A stretch of DNA of 64,000 nt from contig OZ251704.1 of assembly GCA_965244045.1 (NCBI GenBank), positions 189,432 through 253,431 on the forward strand. The letters run 5' to 3'. The position numbers and the translations under genes are program-made. Source of the stretch: Candidatus Pelagibacterales bacterium (GTDB taxonomy: Bacteria; Pseudomonadota; Alphaproteobacteria; Pelagibacterales; Pelagibacteraceae). The notes beneath the pieces are model-generated. The model did no database searches. It saw nothing but the letters and a program-made list of their open reading frames with translations, and was not told the origin of the DNA. Numbering within the stretch: position 1 is the stretch's first letter; each line of letters opens with the position of its first letter. Below, in pieces: positions 21,471 to 31,696 of this stretch.

Positions 21471-22028
21471 TTAATATTTTGGATTAATATTTTTTTCTAT
21501 AAATAATTTTTTATTCACTAATATTTTCATATCCTTAATATCATAAGCAAAAGAAATTAAATTTTTCTTGAAAATACCACTGTATTGATAATTGGAAACA
21601 ACTTTTTTTTTAGATAAAATTTTGTTTAATTGCTGGATTTTTAATTCTTTATTTGTAGAAAGATTAAAAAATTTTTTATTTACATTTATAATCATAAAAC
21701 AGTCTTTATGTTTATCTTTGCACACTATTTTCCACATTGTATTATTTGTAAATCCCACTAATTTAATTTTTTTAATAATCGACAAAACCTTCAAACAAGA
21801 CAATATATTTCTAATACCAGCATAACTACCTGGACCTAAATTTACTAAAAGTAAATTTGCCAAATCTAAGTTAATTTTATTTTTTTTAAGAATTAAATAA
21901 AAATCTTTAGAAAAATTATCGGTTTTTAAATACTTTTGTACTCTTATTGTTTTATTCTTGATAATATTTGAAGTAATCACTAAACAGTTAAGCGAAGCAT
22001 CTACAGAAATAAAATTAGGTATGATCAC
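21471..22028 (-). CDS. tsaB: TsaB-like tRNA threonylcarbamoyladenosine biosynthesis protein (divergent, short)
   Basis: VNLGPGSYAGIR motif; position upstream of fur-miaB. Confidence 0.75.
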   Translation of the reverse strand: MIIPNFISVDASLNCLVITSNIIKNKTIRVQKYLKTDNFSKDFYLILKKNKINLDLANLLLVNLGPGSYAGIRNILSCLKVLSIIKKIKLVGFTNNTMWKIVCKDKHKDCFMIINVNKKFFNLSTNKELKIQQLNKILSKKKVVSNYQYSGIFKKNLISFAYDIKDMKILVNKKLFIEKNINPKY

Positions 22029-23052
22029 AAAAATAATTATTTATACATTAAGTGTAATATTTTTTTTACTTCCCATAAAAAGTTTTGCTACAGAAGTAAA
22101 AGAAAAAGGCATTATTGCATTAATGTATCACAGATTTGACGAAAACAAATATCCAACGACTAATATAAAAATAAATGATTTCAAAAAGCAGATACAGCTT
22201 ATTAAATCAGCTAATCTAAATTTTATAGGCTATCCCGAATTAAAAAAAATTTTAATTGACAAAAACGACTATACTGAAAAAAAAATACTTATTACTATAG
22301 ACGATGCTTTTCAGTCATTTTATAAAAATGCCTGGCCTATCTTAAAGGATAATAAAATTCCCTTTATACTATTTATCAATACTAGAGAGATAAATAGCAA
22401 GCATCCAAATTATATGACTTGGGAACAAATAAGAGAAATCCAAAAATCTAACTTGGCAACTATAGGCGCACATAGTTTTAGCCATGATTATTTAGTTAAT
22501 TTACAAATTGACGACGTAAAAAAAGACTTAGAACAATCTCATGCAGATTATTTAAGAGAACTTGGAATTATTCCCGAAATTTTTTCTTATCCCTTCGGTG
22601 AATATAGTTTAGAAATAAAAAATCTTGTAAAAAATTTTAAATATCTTCTTGCATTTGGCCAACATTCAGGAGTGGTTCATAAAAAAGAAGATTTGTATGA
22701 ATTACCTAGATTTCCTATCAATGAAGATTATGGAAAAATTGACCGCTTTCAATTTTTAATTAATACAAGTCCACTTCCGTATAAATTTTTTAAACCAGAA
22801 AATAAATTATTAAACAACAATAATCCTCCTAATATTGAAATTGAATTTGAAGATAATGTTAAAAATATAAATTGTTTTACCAATGAAGGTGGTCAATGGA
22901 CCAAGAGTGAAATTAATTTTTTAGATGATAACTGGATAAGAATTTTACTTAAAAAAGAATACAAACCTAGAAGAGGAAAAATTAATTGTACTCTTAAATT
23001 ACCAGATAACACTTGGGGTTGGCTTGGCAAGCAATTTGTTATTAAAGACTAA
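22021..23052 (+). CDS. Exported polysaccharide deacetylase (NodB/CE4 family)
   Basis: Signal peptide from ATG 22021; LMYH, TIDDA, HSFSH, FSYPFG motifs. Confidence 0.88.
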   Translation: MITKIIIYTLSVIFFLLPIKSFATEVKEKGIIALMYHRFDENKYPTTNIKINDFKKQIQLIKSANLNFIGYPELKKILIDKNDYTEKKILITIDDAFQSFYKNAWPILKDNKIPFILFINTREINSKHPNYMTWEQIREIQKSNLATIGAHSFSHDYLVNLQIDDVKKDLEQSHADYLRELGIIPEIFSYPFGEYSLEIKNLVKNFKYLLAFGQHSGVVHKKEDLYELPRFPINEDYGKIDRFQFLINTSPLPYKFFKPENKLLNNNNPPNIEIEFEDNVKNINCFTNEGGQWTKSEINFLDDNWIRILLKKEYKPRRGKINCTLKLPDNTWGWLGKQFVIKD

Positions 23053-24254
23053 ACTATATTTGGTTTCTTCTTTCGAGATAAAACAGAATCATCAAAATCA
23101 GTTAATGAATTTTGTTCAATAATTTTTTTTAATCGATCTGAATATTCATATCCAATCTCGGAATATTTATCTAAATACTTTGCAAGTTCTAATCCTGAAA
23201 TCTTATTATTTTTTTTTCTTTGATTAGCACGGGCTTCCCTGAATTCTTTATAAGACTCATGTGAATTTAAATTCTTTTTATATGCCGATATGGAAGCCCT
23301 CACTATTTTAAAGCTTTTTACCTCAAAATTAGCTTCTTCATCTCGCTGGTTAGGAATTATTCCTTTACCTTTTTTCCAGGTTCTATGGCCATATATAGAA
23401 TTTCCCTCCATTGCAAATCTCGAAGTTCCCCAGCCACTTTCATAAGCTGCTTGTGCCAGAGCTAAAGAGGGAGGAATAATGTCCATTTTAATTTTAAGCT
23501 CCTCTAGATTTCTTCCAACAACTTTATACTCTTCGAATTTCTTGTCTAACCAAACAAGCTCTTCTTTGCTTAAACTTTTTTCTCTAGAAATTTGGTTTAA
23601 ATAGTCTCTATCTTCTTCTATTTGGTTATTTTCATAAATAATTAATGGAAGAATAACTTTTATAAAAAGTCTTTTTCTATCCTGAATATTGTCAATTTGA
23701 TCAATCCCTTTTGGTAACTTTGATAGAAATATAGGTTCTACAGCTTTTCCATTTCTAATATCTTTTAGATTATAATTTTCTTCTTCGAACAAACTAATAA
23801 CTGTTCTTGCATCAATATTATTTCCAAAACCAAGTATTTGCCTATCTGTAAATTCAGAGGGTTTGTCAATAGGCCGGGATGTATTCTGTGATCTTGGATT
23901 TGATTTAAATAAATTTTCATCAATTGCTAATACATCATCTTTTAAATATTTATTTACTATAAGAGCCTTATCTCCATTTAATTTTGCTATCATGGTATTT
24001 TCAAAGTCAGGTCTGAACAATAAGAAAAAAATAAAAACTGTTATTACTCCTCCTTTTGCATAAGGCAGGCTGTAATGTTTGCGTAAATGTAAATCTAATT
24101 TATCAGATGAACGAACTACAATCTGCGTATTGAACTTGTGAAAAATATCAATGTATCTTAAAAATTTAATAAATCGGATCTTAGAAATTTTAAGCAAAAG
24201 ATTTATTTTTAATGCTATTTTTTTTCTTAGATCTTCTAAGTAATTAATTATCAT
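23049..24254 (-). CDS. Glucosaminidase-domain (Bax-like) protein
   Basis: IPPSLALAQAAYESGWGTSRFA, NLNSH.SY, YSE motifs; N-terminal TM. Confidence 0.85.
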   Translation of the reverse strand: MIINYLEDLRKKIALKINLLLKISKIRFIKFLRYIDIFHKFNTQIVVRSSDKLDLHLRKHYSLPYAKGGVITVFIFFLLFRPDFENTMIAKLNGDKALIVNKYLKDDVLAIDENLFKSNPRSQNTSRPIDKPSEFTDRQILGFGNNIDARTVISLFEEENYNLKDIRNGKAVEPIFLSKLPKGIDQIDNIQDRKRLFIKVILPLIIYENNQIEEDRDYLNQISREKSLSKEELVWLDKKFEEYKVVGRNLEELKIKMDIIPPSLALAQAAYESGWGTSRFAMEGNSIYGHRTWKKGKGIIPNQRDEEANFEVKSFKIVRASISAYKKNLNSHESYKEFREARANQRKKNNKISGLELAKYLDKYSEIGYEYSDRLKKIIEQNSLTDFDDSVLSRKKKPNIV

Positions 24255-24259
24255 AATAA

Positions 24260-24799
24260 TTAATCTAAATTAACAGCCGTTACTGAATTAACCTCTGGGA
24301 CATAGTGCTTGATCATACGCTCTACTCCTTGTTTTAAAGTTACTACTGAACTGGGACAACCTGCACAACTACCTTTGAGCATTACCTCGGCTATTCCATT
24401 TTTATAGGATTTTAATTGAATATCTCCTCCGTCCATAGCCACTGCTGGTCTAATTTTTTCTTTTAAAACTTCCTCTATTCTTTGGGATATTTCATCTTGA
24501 AAGTTATTTTCTTTTTTAAAAGACAGTTTTTTAAAATTAAGATTAATTTCTTCAGATAAAATATTTAAAATATCCTGTTTGATATTGTCCCAATTGATGT
24601 TTTGTAATTTTTTAATAGTAATAAAATTTTTATCTATATAAATTAATTCTGAAAAACCTGTTTTCCAAATTCTTTCAGCAAATTGGATTCCTTCAGCTTC
24701 GTTTAAAGATTTAATTTCCTTTGATCCAAAATCAACTATGTCAAAATCAAAAACAAACTTTTTAGACTCTGGATTGGGTGTATCAACAATGTTAATCAT
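24260..24799 (-). CDS. NifU/Nfu-type Fe-S scaffold
   Basis: TPNPESKKF, IRPAVAMDGGDI, GSCAGCPSS. Confidence 0.93.
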   Translation of the reverse strand: MINIVDTPNPESKKFVFDFDIVDFGSKEIKSLNEAEGIQFAERIWKTGFSELIYIDKNFITIKKLQNINWDNIKQDILNILSEEINLNFKKLSFKKENNFQDEISQRIEEVLKEKIRPAVAMDGGDIQLKSYKNGIAEVMLKGSCAGCPSSVVTLKQGVERMIKHYVPEVNSVTAVNLD

Positions 24800-24861
24800 A
24801 TAATTAATTTAATAAGATTCGACTACTTTAGCCTAATTAAAAACTTATTTAAACTTTCTAA

Positions 24862-25323
24862 TTAAGCAATTAAATCAATATCTTTTTCGGAAAGTGCCCC
24901 TGGAACTATTACAATAGGTATAGCCAAATCTTTTATTCTCTTTCCTGTTAAAGCTTTTATCAAAGGTCCTGGATCTTCACTATTTGGAGTGGATGCTAAT
25001 ACTAAAAACCTAATACCAGAATCTTCCTGAATAAGCTTTAATAGTTCATCAGCTCTGTCGCCAATTCTGATGATAATTTCACTTTCAATCTTAAATCTAT
25101 CCTTAATTTTTTGTGACCACGATCTGCAGATTTTTTTTGCTTCACTAGTTGCTTCTTGCTCTATTAAATTTTCTATTCTCGCCCACTGAGCATCTATTGC
25201 TGGGTCTACTATATAAAGCAAAGTAAGCTTTCCATCTGTATGAATGGCACGATTAGCAGCAAAGTATACAGCATTTTTTAATTCTTTGCTCTCATCAATA
25301 ACTACTAAAAACTTTTTTTTCAA
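24862..25323 (-). CDS. Universal stress protein
   Basis: KFLVVIDES, PGPLI, IPIVIVPG; trpS-usp-nifU order. Confidence 0.88.
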   Translation of the reverse strand: MKKKFLVVIDESKELKNAVYFAANRAIHTDGKLTLLYIVDPAIDAQWARIENLIEQEATSEAKKICRSWSQKIKDRFKIESEIIIRIGDRADELLKLIQEDSGIRFLVLASTPNSEDPGPLIKALTGKRIKDLAIPIVIVPGALSEKDIDLIA

Positions 25324-26336
25324 TTTGCTAATCCTATAATTTGTTTTATTTCTTTTAAATTTTTATTGGCAACAATGGTTGCTTTCATTTTTCCTTCTTC
25401 TAAAATTTTTTGTAAATAATCTTTATTAGATTTGAGTTTTTTTATTTCCTCTCCAATTGGACAAATTTTTTCAATTAATAATTGTGATAATTCTTTTTTA
25501 AATTCTGAAAAATTTTTTCCACTCCATAAATTGATAATATCTTTTACTTTTTCATTTTTGAAAGCAGCAAAAATATTAATTAAATTTCTTGCCTCTGGTC
25601 TATTTTTTTCTAAAATAATATTATCATTTATTGGCTCACTATCTGTTTTAGCTTTTTGAATCTTTTTTGAAATTAAATCTGCATCATCGGTCAAATTAAT
25701 TCTTGATAAATCGGACTCTTCGGATTTGCTCATTTTTTGAGTTCCATTTCTAAGACTCATCACTCTGGATATGTCCTCTGGTATAATGGGTTCTGGAGTA
25801 ATAAAAAAATCCTTACGATTAAAATCATTATTAAACTTTATTGCAATGTCTCTACAAAGCTCTAAATGTTGTTTCTGATCCTCGCCAACGGGAACATGGG
25901 TAGCTTTGTACAAAAGTATATCTGCAGCCATTAAAACTGGATACGTATAAAGCCCTACACTTGCTTTTTCTTTATTATTTCCTGCTTTTTCTTTAAACTG
26001 GGTCATTCGATTTAACCAACCAATCCGTGCAATACAATTAAAAATCCAAGAAAGTTCAGCATGCGCACTAACAGAGGACTGAATAAAAATAGTATTTTTA
26101 ACTGGGTCTATACCAGAAGCTAAAAAGGCTGCGGCTGTATCTAATATATTTTCTTTTAACACGCTGGGTTCATGCTTAACTGTAATCGCATGCATATCAG
26201 CTAACATAAAATAACATTCAAAATCTTTTTGCAATTTAACAAAATTATTTATTGCTCCAAGATAATTTCCAAGATGCAAATTTCCTGTTGGCTGTATACC
26301 TGATAATATTCTTTTATTTTTTTGATTCATAAGCAT
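25320..26336 (-). CDS. trpS: Tryptophan--tRNA ligase
   Basis: SGIQPTGNLHLGNY, VPVGEDQ, KMSKS. Confidence 0.97.
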   Translation of the reverse strand: MLMNQKNKRILSGIQPTGNLHLGNYLGAINNFVKLQKDFECYFMLADMHAITVKHEPSVLKENILDTAAAFLASGIDPVKNTIFIQSSVSAHAELSWIFNCIARIGWLNRMTQFKEKAGNNKEKASVGLYTYPVLMAADILLYKATHVPVGEDQKQHLELCRDIAIKFNNDFNRKDFFITPEPIIPEDISRVMSLRNGTQKMSKSEESDLSRINLTDDADLISKKIQKAKTDSEPINDNIILEKNRPEARNLINIFAAFKNEKVKDIINLWSGKNFSEFKKELSQLLIEKICPIGEEIKKLKSNKDYLQKILEEGKMKATIVANKNLKEIKQIIGLAN

Positions 26337-27852
26337 TCACCTTGAAATCCTTGATACTAAAAGATTTAAACAATATTGAAAGTAGAAAATAAATTAATGA
26401 AGCGCTGGTAACAATTATCGTTAAACTTCCTACTCTTTGCCAAGAACTATTTGCCATATCAAATTGGAACAGTGGCAAAGCAAAAAAGATAACAAAACCC
26501 ATTATAATTGAACATAAAAGAGTTTTTAACATTCTAGTAACAAAAGTAATATCAAATGTATGCAATTTATTTTTTAGTAAAAAAAATTGATATACCAAAA
26601 CTCCGAACCAAGATGAAACGCTAGTTCCTAATGCAATCGAAACAAATCCAACCTGAAAGAAAAAAACTAAACTTATCAAAATATTTGCAACAACAACTCC
26701 GATCGAAACATAAAAAGGAAATGTTGTATTTCCTCTAGCAAAATAAAAATTAGAATATATTTTTAACAGAGAAAAAGCTGGAAGACCAAATCCAAAAATA
26801 TACAACGCTTTTGCAGTTTGAGTAACACTTTCTTGATCAAAAGTTCCATATCCAAAAAGAGTGGAAATAATCGGCTCCGTTAACATAATTATTCCTACTG
26901 TTGCCGGAACGGACAAAAACAAAGATAGTTCTATTGATCTATTTTGTAAAAAGAAACTTCTACCATCATTGTGCTGAAAAATTTCTTTCGAAAGAGCCGG
27001 GAGTATCACTGTACCAATTGCAATGCCAGTTATGGCTAATGGTAATTGATAAATTCTGTCAGCATAATACAAATAAGAAACAGCGCTTGTTTGAAAAGAT
27101 GCAATAATAGTACCAATCAAGATATTAATTTGCATAACACCTGACGAAAAAATGCTGGGAAGAAGTTTTTTAAAAAAAGAACGAACTTCATCATTAATTT
27201 CAAAACTTAAATTAATTTTTGGTATAAAATATTTTTTGGAATAATAAAAAAGTAAAATTAATTGTACCAACCCGGCAACACTAACAGCCCAAGCCATAAA
27301 AAAAACCAAATTCTTATCGTAGCTATTTGCAAAAATAATAGACAAAATTAAAAATAAATTTAGAATAATTGGAGCAGCTGCAGCTACTCCAAATTTACCT
27401 TTGGTATTTAAAATAGCAGAATAAAAAGAAGACAAAGATACAAATAATAAAAATGGAAAAACAATTCTGCTTAATGATATAGCAAGTTCATATTTCTCTA
27501 TATTGTCAACAAAGCCTGGTGAAACTAAATAAATAACACCACCCATAAAAATTTCTGCGACACATATTAAAATCAAAAGAATTAAAATTAATAAATTAAA
27601 AACTGAGTTGGAAAATTCATAGGATTTATTTTGAATATCTAATTTTGAGTATTGAGGGACAAAAGCAGAATTAAAAGAACCCTCGGCAAATAACCTTCGA
27701 AAAGTATTTGGTAAACGAAAGGCAACAAAAAATGCGTCTGCCGCCATGCTTGTTCCCAAAAAAGTAGCTATTAAAATATCTCGAAAATAGCCAAGAATTC
27801 TGCTTATCAATGTTAAAAAGCCAAAGGAACTTACAGATGATAAAATATTCAT
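26314..27852 (-). CDS. murJ: Lipid II flippase MurJ
   Basis: SRILGYFRD, AFRLPNTFRRLFAEG, YADRIYQLP; ~14 TM. Confidence 0.96.
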   Translation of the reverse strand: MNILSSVSSFGFLTLISRILGYFRDILIATFLGTSMAADAFFVAFRLPNTFRRLFAEGSFNSAFVPQYSKLDIQNKSYEFSNSVFNLLILILLILICVAEIFMGGVIYLVSPGFVDNIEKYELAISLSRIVFPFLLFVSLSSFYSAILNTKGKFGVAAAAPIILNLFLILSIIFANSYDKNLVFFMAWAVSVAGLVQLILLFYYSKKYFIPKINLSFEINDEVRSFFKKLLPSIFSSGVMQINILIGTIIASFQTSAVSYLYYADRIYQLPLAITGIAIGTVILPALSKEIFQHNDGRSFFLQNRSIELSLFLSVPATVGIIMLTEPIISTLFGYGTFDQESVTQTAKALYIFGFGLPAFSLLKIYSNFYFARGNTTFPFYVSIGVVVANILISLVFFFQVGFVSIALGTSVSSWFGVLVYQFFLLKNKLHTFDITFVTRMLKTLLCSIIMGFVIFFALPLFQFDMANSSWQRVGSLTIIVTSASLIYFLLSILFKSFSIKDFKVNAYESKK

Positions 27853-27946
27853 TTTTTTTTTAATATTTATATTGTTTTACAATCTTAATGTTCTAAATTC
27901 CCTCCTACAAATAAAAATTGACTTTTTCATGTAGTTAAAAAAATAG

Positions 27947-30226
27947 ATGACTGCCAAAAACCCAAACAAAAAATACACGGACAAAGAAGCTCTAGATTTT
28001 CATATTGAGGGAAAACCTGGAAAAATAGAGATTATATCTTCAAAAAACTTATCTACTCAAAGAGATTTAGCATTAGCTTATTCTCCAGGAGTTGCTGTTC
28101 CTTGTATAGAAATTGGAAAAAATTCTGAAGCAGCCTATGACTACACAAGCAAAGGTAATTTGGTTGCTGTAATTAGTAATGGAACTGCCATTCTAGGACT
28201 TGGTGATTTAGGAGCGCTTGCATCTAAACCCGTGATGGAAGGTAAATCAGTATTGTTTAAAAGATTTGCTGATATCGACTCGATTGATATTGAAGTTGAT
28301 TCAAAAAATGCAGAGGAAATTATAAATGTAATATCAAAAATTGCTGTTACGTTTGGAGGTATTAATCTTGAGGATATTGCCGCTCCAGATTGTTTTATTA
28401 TAGAACAAAAATTAAAAGAATTAGTAGATATTCCAATTTTTCATGATGATCAACATGGAACTGCTATTATTACAACGGCAGGATTAATCAACGCATTAGA
28501 TATTTCAAAAAAATCCATCAAAGATGTAAAGATTGTTGTTAATGGAGCAGGAGCATCTGCAATTGCGTGTACTGAACTTTTTAAAAATAGTGGTGTTCCA
28601 AATGAAAACGTTATCATGCTGGACCGCAAAGGAGTCATTTATAGAGGCAGAACTGAAGGAATGGATCAATGGAAATCAAAACATGCCGTTGAAACTAAAC
28701 ATAGAACTTTAGCAGAAGCAATAAAAGGTGCCGATGTTTTTTTAGGATTGTCTGCTAAAGATGTTCTAACGCAAGACATGGTAAAATCTATGGCAAAAAA
28801 TCCAATTATTTTTGCTTGTGCCAATCCGGATCCGGAGATTAAACCAGAATTAGTACAAGAGGTTCGTGATGATGCCATTATTGCAACTGGAAGATCAGAT
28901 TACCCAAATCAAGTTAATAATTTAATTGGATTTCCGTATATTTTTAGAGGTGCCTTGGATGTAAGGGCTAAAGAAATAAATGAAGAGATGAAAGTTGCAG
29001 CAGCTCATGCAATTGCAAAACTTGCCCGTGACAATGTACCTGATGAGGTGGTTGCTGCGTATGGTGGGGAAAGACCAGTGTACGGAAGGGAATATATTAT
29101 TCCATCTACATTTGATCCAAGATTAATAACCGTAATTCCTATGGCAGTTGCTAAGGCAGCTATGGACAGTGGGGTAGCTAGAAAACCAATTCAAGATTTT
29201 GAAAAATATGAAAATCAGTTAGCAGCAAGATTAGATCAATCGATGAATTTCATGAAAGCAATTAATACTACAATTAAAGGTAAGAAAAAAAGAGTTGTTT
29301 TTGCTGAAGGGGAAGATGCTGAAACTTTAAAAGCTGCAGTTGCTTTTAAAAATAGCGGATTAGGAGAGCCAGTACTAATAGCTAACGAAGAAAAGTTAAA
29401 AGAAACATTCAAACAAATAGGTTTGGACGAAAATTATAAAATAGAGATTTCCAATTCTTCTGACAAAAAAAGAAGTGAGGAATACGTGAAATTTTTATAC
29501 AATAAATTACAACGTAAAGGAATTCTCGAAGCAGATTGTAACAGACTTGTAAAAACAGATAGAGCCACATGGGGTTCTTGCATGGTTTCCTGTGGACATG
29601 CTGATGCCATGGTAACAGGAAATACCAGACACTACGCAGCAACTGTTGAAAAATTAATGCAGTCTGTGGGTCCAAGGGAAAATGAACTAGTTTTTGGAAT
29701 GTGCATTTTTGTTCAACAAGGAAAAACAATCATTATTGCTGATACCAACGTAATTGAATATCCTGACTCAGAACAACTTGCAGAAATGGCATTATCTTGT
29801 GCCAGAGTTGCTAGATTACTAGGTCTTGATCCAAGAGTTGCTTTCTTATCTCACTCTACCTTCGGTCAGCCAGAAACTGATCGAACAAAAAGAGTGGCTA
29901 AGGCAGTTGAAATTTTAAAAAATAAAAAAGCAGATTTTATTTTTGATGGAGAAATGCAGCCTGATGTAGCATTAAATAAAAAATACAGATCAACTTACCC
30001 TTTTTCAGAATTAGTAGGAAATGCAAACATATTAATTATGCCTTCCATACACGCAGCTGCCATATCTATCAAATTACTAAAAGAATTAAGTAGAGGAAAA
30101 GTAATTGGCCCAATGCTGATTGGACTTGCACAACCAATCGAGGTTGCGCCTTTAAGATCTACTAGTTATGAAATTTTAAACTTAGCCTCCATAGCGGCTT
30201 ATTCTGCAGAAACAATTAAGTACTAA
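27947..30226 (+). CDS. maeB: NADP-dependent malic enzyme with C-terminal PTA-like domain
   Basis: LAYSPGVA, HDDQHGTA, GAGASA, TGRSDYPNQVNN; VVFAEGE and DGEMQPD in PTA domain. Confidence 0.95.
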   Translation: MTAKNPNKKYTDKEALDFHIEGKPGKIEIISSKNLSTQRDLALAYSPGVAVPCIEIGKNSEAAYDYTSKGNLVAVISNGTAILGLGDLGALASKPVMEGKSVLFKRFADIDSIDIEVDSKNAEEIINVISKIAVTFGGINLEDIAAPDCFIIEQKLKELVDIPIFHDDQHGTAIITTAGLINALDISKKSIKDVKIVVNGAGASAIACTELFKNSGVPNENVIMLDRKGVIYRGRTEGMDQWKSKHAVETKHRTLAEAIKGADVFLGLSAKDVLTQDMVKSMAKNPIIFACANPDPEIKPELVQEVRDDAIIATGRSDYPNQVNNLIGFPYIFRGALDVRAKEINEEMKVAAAHAIAKLARDNVPDEVVAAYGGERPVYGREYIIPSTFDPRLITVIPMAVAKAAMDSGVARKPIQDFEKYENQLAARLDQSMNFMKAINTTIKGKKKRVVFAEGEDAETLKAAVAFKNSGLGEPVLIANEEKLKETFKQIGLDENYKIEISNSSDKKRSEEYVKFLYNKLQRKGILEADCNRLVKTDRATWGSCMVSCGHADAMVTGNTRHYAATVEKLMQSVGPRENELVFGMCIFVQQGKTIIIADTNVIEYPDSEQLAEMALSCARVARLLGLDPRVAFLSHSTFGQPETDRTKRVAKAVEILKNKKADFIFDGEMQPDVALNKKYRSTYPFSELVGNANILIMPSIHAAAISIKLLKELSRGKVIGPMLIGLAQPIEVAPLRSTSYEILNLASIAAYSAETIKY

Positions 30227-30228
30227 AT

Positions 30229-30819
30229 TTATTTTTTATTTTTAGATAAATCATCGACTAAAAAAATCGTTGCATCCACCTTTTTAATATCTTTAATTAA
30301 AGAAGATTCATTCATAACTTCTCTTCTTTCTGATTCATTGGCAGCAATTCCAAAAATAAACATTACTTGATTAACTGTGTTTACATTATAATTTACTGAA
30401 CTTATTTTTTTATTAGCCAACATGGCCACTTTCATTTGTGAAGTGATTAAAAGATCTTTGGAATAATCTTTTAAAGAAAACTTATCTCTAACTTCAATAT
30501 TATTTTTAACTGATCTGGCACCTTCTATTTTCCAAGCAAGTTTAGTCATTAAAATTTTTTCATCCACCGTATCCACTTTTCCTGATAAAACAATATGCCC
30601 ATCAATTACTTTGGACGAAATATCTATAATATATTTTTTATTTGCCTGAGCAGTTCTAATCAGCAAAGATTTCTGCATAATAGAATCGTCAATTTGAGTT
30701 CCCAAAGTTCTTGGATCTGTATAAATACTAACTCCAGTTCCAAGGACCCCTTCCGAACCAACGCCTACGCAACCACTTAAAATAATAAAAGATAAAAAAG
30801 TTATAATTATTTTTTTCAT
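30229..30819 (-). CDS. BON-domain lipoprotein (DolP/YraP-like)
   Basis: LSGC lipobox; DPRTLGTQIDD; two BON-like repeats. Confidence 0.82.
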   Translation of the reverse strand: MKKIIITFLSFIILSGCVGVGSEGVLGTGVSIYTDPRTLGTQIDDSIMQKSLLIRTAQANKKYIIDISSKVIDGHIVLSGKVDTVDEKILMTKLAWKIEGARSVKNNIEVRDKFSLKDYSKDLLITSQMKVAMLANKKISSVNYNVNTVNQVMFIFGIAANESERREVMNESSLIKDIKKVDATIFLVDDLSKNKK

Positions 30820-31667
30820 TTCTTAATATTTAAAATATTTTGATAAATAATTTTTTTACTCATTTTAAGTTTTTCAGCAAGATATTCTGCAATATCTTTT
30901 GCTGACATTTTGTTAAGCAAAAGTTTTATCTCACTCACAAGATCAATATTATTATCAATATTAGAATCTACTGATTTGTTGCTAATAACAAGTGTTATTT
31001 CACCTTTTAGATCATTATTGCTAATTTTTTGTAGTAACTCTCCTGCACTTCCCAAATAATAAGTTTCGTGTAACTTAGTTAATTCTCTTGCAACAAATAC
31101 TTTTCTTTCTTTAAAATATAATTCAAATTCTTTTAATATTTTTTTTAAATCTCTTGCGGGGAGGTAAATAACTATAGAGTTATTAATTTTTGATAAATTT
31201 TCTAATTCTTCTAATCGTTCATTGTTTTTTTTGGATAAAAATCCATAAAAGAAAAATTTTGTTTCAAAACCTGATATAGACATAATAGCTGTAACAGCCG
31301 AAGGTCCAGGCACAGAAATAACTTTAATTTTTTGCTGATGTGCAGACTGTATTAAATATTCTCCCGGATCTGATATTAAAGGCGTTCCCGCATCAGAAAT
31401 AAGAGAAACAATTTTTCCTTCACTAATATCATTAAAAATTTCTTTAATGTTTTTTGTTTCATTAAATTTATGAAAAGAAATAAGTTTTTTTTTAATTTTA
31501 TAAAAATTTAAAAGCTTCAAAGAGTGTCTGGTATCTTCGCATAAAATATAGTCAGAATTTTTTAAAACTTCTAATGCGCGCAATGTTATATCCGAAAGAT
31601 TGCCGATAGGCGTAGAAACTACATAAAGAGCAGGAGACAGTAGATTGTTTTTTTTATTTTCCACCAT
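30816..31667 (-). CDS. rsmI: 16S rRNA C1402 2'-O-methyltransferase
   Basis: LYVVSTPIGNLSDIT, CEDTR, SDAGTPLISDPG, RELTKLHE. Confidence 0.96.
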   Translation of the reverse strand: MVENKKNNLLSPALYVVSTPIGNLSDITLRALEVLKNSDYILCEDTRHSLKLLNFYKIKKKLISFHKFNETKNIKEIFNDISEGKIVSLISDAGTPLISDPGEYLIQSAHQQKIKVISVPGPSAVTAIMSISGFETKFFFYGFLSKKNNERLEELENLSKINNSIVIYLPARDLKKILKEFELYFKERKVFVARELTKLHETYYLGSAGELLQKISNNDLKGEITLVISNKSVDSNIDNNIDLVSEIKLLLNKMSAKDIAEYLAEKLKMSKKIIYQNILNIKK

Positions 31668-31696
31668 ATAGTTTAGTATATTATTAACACAATTTT

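Noticed and set aside
27877-27930. 17-aa minus-strand ORF (MKKSIFICRREFRTLRL) and AGGAGG upstream of murJ
   Set aside because: The SD-like motif is ~45 nt from the murJ ATG and inside the tiny ORF; no support for function.
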